A stretch of 64,000 nucleotides of DNA from Albidovulum sp. Its GTDB lineage: Bacteria > Pseudomonadota > Alphaproteobacteria > Rhodobacterales > Rhodobacteraceae. Shown piece after piece: positions 59,920 to 64,000 of the stretch. How positions within the stretch are numbered: the first letter of the stretch is position 1; every line of letters begins with the position of its first letter. The notes under the pieces are model-generated. The model was not told the DNA's origin. It saw nothing but the letters and a program-made list of their open reading frames with translations, and searched no databases. The stretch covers positions 13,576-77,575 of the forward strand of contig NZ_JBARVQ010000284.1 in the NCBI RefSeq assembly GCF_049646345.1, in the 5' to 3' direction. The position numbers and the translations under genes were made by a program.

Positions 59920-62900
59920 TCAAGGGATGGTGGTCCGGCTGAGCGCTTCCCTCACGATATCGGGATCAAGCGGCATGAACTTACCGGTTCGCGTCCAGAG
60001 AATGGCCGTATCGATCCGCCGATCCGGATAGATTTCGGCCAGCATCGCGGCATAGGCGCCCATCTGGCCAAGGATGCCTTCGGGGATGTCCCCCTGCCCG
60101 GCAGGCACCACGGCATTCGACTTGTAGTCGACCGCAAGCACCCGATCCACGGCGATCATCAACCGGTCGATTGTACCGTGCAGGATCCGCCCGCCAAGCG
60201 CGGGAACCGGGGCGGTAAGCTCCACCTCGGCCAGTGTATCGGGGCCAAGCAAAGGCGCCATCTGATTCGACGACAGGACTGCGCGGGCTTCGGCCAATAT
60301 AGTCTCTAATTCGCCTGAAAGTGCAGTTTCTTCTTCCGTTTTCAACAGAGCTTCGGCGATCCCTGACCATGCATCCGCGGGCCAGAGCGGTAGGTGTTCA
60401 AGCAAGAGATGCAGCCATGTGCCGCGCCGCTTTGCGTGTTCTTCCTCCAGTCCGGCCTCACCCGGCAAAGCCTTTGCACCCCCAAGGCCCGACGGCGACG
60501 ATGGTCCGTTGGTATCGCGGGGCAGCGGCGCACGGGTCGTGGCCCAATCCGGCAGGTCCGGGATTGAGGCAGACGCGGGCGGGGTGCCGGCTGTGGCCTC
60601 GGCGGGCCATGTCCCGTGGGTGTGGCGCAAGACCCCGTCCCCGGACGCCGCCGCCCCGGCTTTTGCCAGTCCGTCGGCGATCAGCGCATACCAGCTGTCT
60701 GCACCCGTCCCGACCTCGCCCGCCGCACAGGCGATCAACCAGACCTCGGCCCGCGTCATCGCGACATAGAGAAGGCGCATCCGCTCTTCCCGCTGCCGCT
60801 CCAGCAGTTCCGCGACCTCTCCCGCGATCCCGGGCGGGCTTTCATCGGCCTTGGTTTTCCAGACCGGCCTGCCCCCGATCTGCAGGATCTCGTCCCGCAC
60901 CCGCTCGGTCGGTTTGGCGGTGTCCGGCAGGATGACGATGGGGGCCTCGAGCCCTTTGGCGCCGTGCACGGTCATCACCCGGATTGCCTTTGATGCGGTG
61001 TCAAGCTGGCGTTTGACCTCTACCTCATCTGTTTCCATCCAGACGAGGAAGCCTGTCAGGCTCGGCACCTCGGCCTGTTCGAAGGACAGGGCCTGCGCCA
61101 GAAGCGCGTCGATGCCGTCTTCGGCCTCGGGCCCCAGCCGCGCCAGCAGCTTTCGCCGCCCGTCATGGCGCGTCAGCATGCGTTCGATCAGATCGTAGGG
61201 GCGCAGGAAGTCGGCCTGAAGGCGCAGATCGTTCAGCACAGCGAGGGTTTCGGCAAAGTCCCCGGCCCGGTCGCGCAAGGCCGACCAGAGATAAATATCA
61301 CCCCGGCCCTGCGCCAGATCGTAAAGCTGGCCCTCGCTCCAGCCAAAGAGCGGTGAACGCAGGGTCGCGGCCAGCGACAGATCATCCTCGGGCGTGGCGA
61401 GGAAACTCAGAAGCGCCGCGATATCCTTGACCGCCAGTTCGCCGCCGATCTTCAGCCGGTCGGCCCCGGCAATGTCCAGACCGGCCGTCTTGCAGGCGCG
61501 GATGATTTCGTGAAACAGCTCCCCCCGCCGCTGGACGAGGATCAGGACATCGCCCTCATGCACCGGGCGCGGCCCGTCCTTCGTTTCGATCCGGGTGCCG
61601 GTATCGATCAGGCGCCGGATTTCACCGGCGATCCGGCGGGCAAGGACGACCGTGTGATGATCCTCGGGCAGGATGTCGGTCGGGTCGAACCATTCCTTTT
61701 CCTCCGGGTCATTCGTCTTCGGCACCGGTGGCCAGAGGTCGACCCGTCCCGGCAGGCCGGATGTGAAGGCGATATGCTTGAAATCACCGCCAAGGCCACG
61801 ATTGACCCGTTCGTCGAAGGTCAGGTCGACAACATCTAGGATCGCAGCAGAGGAGCGGAAGGAATGCAGCAATTCCAGTTCGTGGAATGCGACAGAGACG
61901 GCGGCATGTTTTTCCGCGAAATGGCGCTTCATCCTATCGAAGGCGGTCAGGTCGGCCCCCTGGAAGGAATAGATCGACTGCTTCTTGTCGCCGACGACAA
62001 AGATCGTCCTGACCTCGCCCCGTGCCCCCTCGCCTGCGGTGAATTCCTCGGCCAGACGTTCGATCACCTGCCATTGGCCGGGGCTGGTGTCCTGTGCCTC
62101 ATCGACAAGAATATGGTCGATGCCGCCGTCGAGGCGGTAGAGCACCCAGGCCGCGACGGACCGATCCGACAGCAGGGCGGCGGCGCGGGCGATGAGGTCG
62201 TCGAAATCGAGCCAGCCGCCCCGCGCCTTGCGCGCCGCATAAAGCGGCAGGAAGGCGGAGGCAAAAAGGTGCAGGGCATGGGTCTTTGTCGCGGCGGCCA
62301 GCGCGATGCGTTTCGCGCGTGCGGCCTCTACCCGCAGCATCAGCGCCTCAAGTGCTGGCATCAGCGGTGCGGCGGGGCCTTTTTGCAGAGGCTTGGTCGG
62401 GAAAGCGCCGATCTTTGCGGTAAAGGGGCCTGATTTTACAGCGCCTTTGCCATGAAGCAGAACGCGTTCCAGCCCCTCGACCGTCGCAACGCTCGCAGGC
62501 TCAAACTTCAGGCCTGCGAGTTTTGCGCCTGCGCCAGAGTCATTCTTTCCACTGCCAAGCAGCAGGGGGACGAGCGCTGTGATCAGATCGGCTTCGCCGC
62601 CGATGAAGACCTCGGCGAGCAGATCGGGAAGATCGTAGTCGGGGTCGAGGCCGAATGCGGATCGTGCCTCGGCGAGGGTCATGGGGGGACTAAAACCGAC
62701 ACTGTTCCGGCATAAATTGCCCAGAAAACCCGACAGATCCTCGCCTGAAACATGGTTCGCGATGGCGTCGAAAGCATCCCGGCCATCGTCCGCCGCCAGT
62801 TCTTCGACAATCTCTTCGCGCATCAGCTTCGCCGCCCGGTCGTCCATCTCGCGGAAATCGGGCGAGACGCGGGCCTCAAGCGGGAAACGGCGCAGAAGGG

Positions 62901-63282
62901 CGGCGCAGAAGGAGTGAATGGTCTGGATCTTCAACCCGCCCGGCGTCTCGATCGCGCGGGCAAACAGGCGGCGGGCGCGGGCCAGCGTGGGTCCATCGAC
63001 GCCGTCCACCCCCAATTCCAGCAGAGCGTTCCGCAACCTGGCCTCGGGCAGCATCGCCCATTGCCCCAGCCGGTCGAACAGGCGGTTCTGCATCTCGCTG
63101 GCCGCCGCCTTGGTATAGGTCAGGCACAGGATCTTTTGCGGTTCGGTCCCGCCCATCAGAAGCCGCGCCACCCGGTCGATCAGCACCCGCGTCTTGCCCG
63201 ACCCGGCATTGGCCGACAGCCAGGTCGACTGACCGGGATCGGCGGCGCGGACCTGTGCTTCGCTCGCGTCATCGCGCCTCAT
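59920..63282 (-). CDS. addA: double-strand break repair helicase-nuclease AddA
   Basis: UvrD-type Walker A ANAGSGKT, helicase motifs and a C-terminal PD-(D/E)XK region (IDRLMI..VLAVDYKS). The ATG at 63282 overlaps the addB stop (ATGA). Confidence 0.85.
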   Translation of the reverse strand: MRRDDASEAQVRAADPGQSTWLSANAGSGKTRVLIDRVARLLMGGTEPQKILCLTYTKAAASEMQNRLFDRLGQWAMLPEARLRNALLELGVDGVDGPTLARARRLFARAIETPGGLKIQTIHSFCAALLRRFPLEARVSPDFREMDDRAAKLMREEIVEELAADDGRDAFDAIANHVSGEDLSGFLGNLCRNSVGFSPPMTLAEARSAFGLDPDYDLPDLLAEVFIGGEADLITALVPLLLGSGKNDSGAGAKLAGLKFEPASVATVEGLERVLLHGKGAVKSGPFTAKIGAFPTKPLQKGPAAPLMPALEALMLRVEAARAKRIALAAATKTHALHLFASAFLPLYAARKARGGWLDFDDLIARAAALLSDRSVAAWVLYRLDGGIDHILVDEAQDTSPGQWQVIERLAEEFTAGEGARGEVRTIFVVGDKKQSIYSFQGADLTAFDRMKRHFAEKHAAVSVAFHELELLHSFRSSAAILDVVDLTFDERVNRGLGGDFKHIAFTSGLPGRVDLWPPVPKTNDPEEKEWFDPTDILPEDHHTVVLARRIAGEIRRLIDTGTRIETKDGPRPVHEGDVLILVQRRGELFHEIIRACKTAGLDIAGADRLKIGGELAVKDIAALLSFLATPEDDLSLAATLRSPLFGWSEGQLYDLAQGRGDIYLWSALRDRAGDFAETLAVLNDLRLQADFLRPYDLIERMLTRHDGRRKLLARLGPEAEDGIDALLAQALSFEQAEVPSLTGFLVWMETDEVEVKRQLDTASKAIRVMTVHGAKGLEAPIVILPDTAKPTERVRDEILQIGGRPVWKTKADESPPGIAGEVAELLERQREERMRLLYVAMTRAEVWLIACAAGEVGTGADSWYALIADGLAKAGAAASGDGVLRHTHGTWPAEATAGTPPASASIPDLPDWATTRAPLPRDTNGPSSPSGLGGAKALPGEAGLEEEHAKRRGTWLHLLLEHLPLWPADAWSGIAEALLKTEEETALSGELETILAEARAVLSSNQMAPLLGPDTLAEVELTAPVPALGGRILHGTIDRLMIAVDRVLAVDYKSNAVVPAGQGDIPEGILGQMGAYAAMLAEIYPDRRIDTAILWTRTGKFMPLDPDIVREALSRTTIP

Positions 63283-64000
63283 CCGACATCCTCCGGGGTG
63301 GGCGCATCGCTCATCTGCCATTCGCCGAAGCGGGCGAGGTGGTCGTAGTCGCCTGCCCGCCGCGTCTCGAACACGGCGCGGCGCGCGATATAGCCGGTCT
63401 CACGTCGCAGATAGGCCGCGATCAGTTCGCCCAGCCGGTCCCATTCGGCATCGGTCAGCCCCTCTTCCATCACACCCGGTTTTTCAGCCCCGTCGCCGCC
63501 AAGATGGATATAGGTCGTTCCGGCAACCTCGCGGGGGCCCAGCGCATCAAAGCCGCCGCGTTCGGCCATGGCGGCTTCAAGGATGAGCTGCTTTTCAAAC
63601 GCCTTCTGTTTCTTGTCACTGGGCGGCGCGCCGGTTTTATAGTCGTAGATATGGACCCGCCCATCGTCGAGAAGGTCGATCCGGTCGGGCCGCGCGGTCA
63701 GGGTAAACTGCACATTTTCCAGTGAAACAGAGCCTGTTTTTTCCATCACCAAAGGCCGCCCTGCCGCCTGTCGCCCGCTTTCGGCGGCAACGAAGCTGTC
63801 GGCGATCCGTGTCAGTCGCGCCAGCCAGAGGCGGCGGGCGCTGGGCCAGGCGATCGTATCCTCCAGCACGGTTTCGGCCAGCGACAGCAGCCGGTCTCGC
63901 GCTGCCGCCTCGCTTTCCCCCTCGGGCCGGGTCTTGATGAAACTCTCGACCAGACGGTGCAGCACCTTGCCCCTAAGCCGTGCGTCCGGCGTCGGTCGCA
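63279..64000 (-). CDS. addB: double-strand break repair protein AddB (C-terminal part; 5' end outside the window)
   Basis: The reading frame is open to the window edge. PD-(D/E)XK nuclease motif RPDRIDLLDDGRVHIYDYKTG. Directly upstream of addA. Confidence 0.8.
   Translation of the reverse strand, partial: RPTPDARLRGKVLHRLVESFIKTRPEGESEAAARDRLLSLAETVLEDTIAWPSARRLWLARLTRIADSFVAAESGRQAAGRPLVMEKTGSVSLENVQFTLTARPDRIDLLDDGRVHIYDYKTGAPPSDKKQKAFEKQLILEAAMAERGGFDALGPREVAGTTYIHLGGDGAEKPGVMEEGLTDAEWDRLGELIAAYLRRETGYIARRAVFETRRAGDYDHLARFGEWQMSDAPTPEDVG

Noticed and set aside
1-64000. Scan for tRNA or rRNA genes, CRISPR arrays, IS elements, transposases, integrases, prophage genes, toxin-antitoxin pairs or defence-system hallmarks
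   Set aside because: None found. All intergenic gaps are 413 bp or shorter with no cloverleaf-like or repeat-spacer structure. Every long ORF is accounted for by housekeeping or transport/metabolic families. AddAB is the canonical DSB-repair enzyme, not a defence module.

Overview
High-GC (roughly 60% or more) chromosomal DNA. Gene content and order suggest an alphaproteobacterium, probably Rhodobacterales-like, but that is inference. The window is densely packed with about 59 protein genes, almost all recognisable housekeeping functions. From left to right: argG; msrA; maeB | mutS; grpE-hrcA | rph-rdgB-ridA-hemW-ybaN; then parB-parA-rsmG-mnmG-mnmE-rho-hemJ on the minus strand. A 413-bp non-coding gap follows. 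After it come maf-aroE-coaE-dnaQ on the plus strand and a roughly 26-kb block: an orphan priming sugar transferase, xylAB-xylGHF plus a ROK regulator, a CRTAC1/ASPIC-UnbV lipoprotein, a di-haem peroxidase, yihY, tamAB, tctED plus an extra binding protein, tctCBA, a split AtuA-like pair, and idi. The window ends with secB, fxsA, Tim44-like-mltA-smr, a DUF900 hydrolase, hslV-membrane protein-hslU, mtnA, trxA and addBA. Structures the ORF track does not explain: (1) two perfect 16-bp parS palindromes embedded in the rsmG and mnmG coding sequences; (2) a likely oriC in the hemJ|maf gap, with DnaA boxes, AT-rich tracts and a strand switch; (3) several intrinsic-terminator-like hairpins. I saw no tRNA or rRNA genes, CRISPR arrays, transposases, integrases or phage genes, and no obvious defence island. 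I found no convincing undescribed multi-gene system. The most interesting items are unusual operon couplings: a polytopic membrane protein translationally coupled inside hslVU, an orphan periplasmic binding protein fused to the tctE operon, and a split DUF1446/DUF4387 pair coupled to tctCBA. All functional calls come from reading the translated ORFs for motifs, with no database search. Start codons are chosen from RBS, overlap and N-terminus logic and may be off by a few codons.
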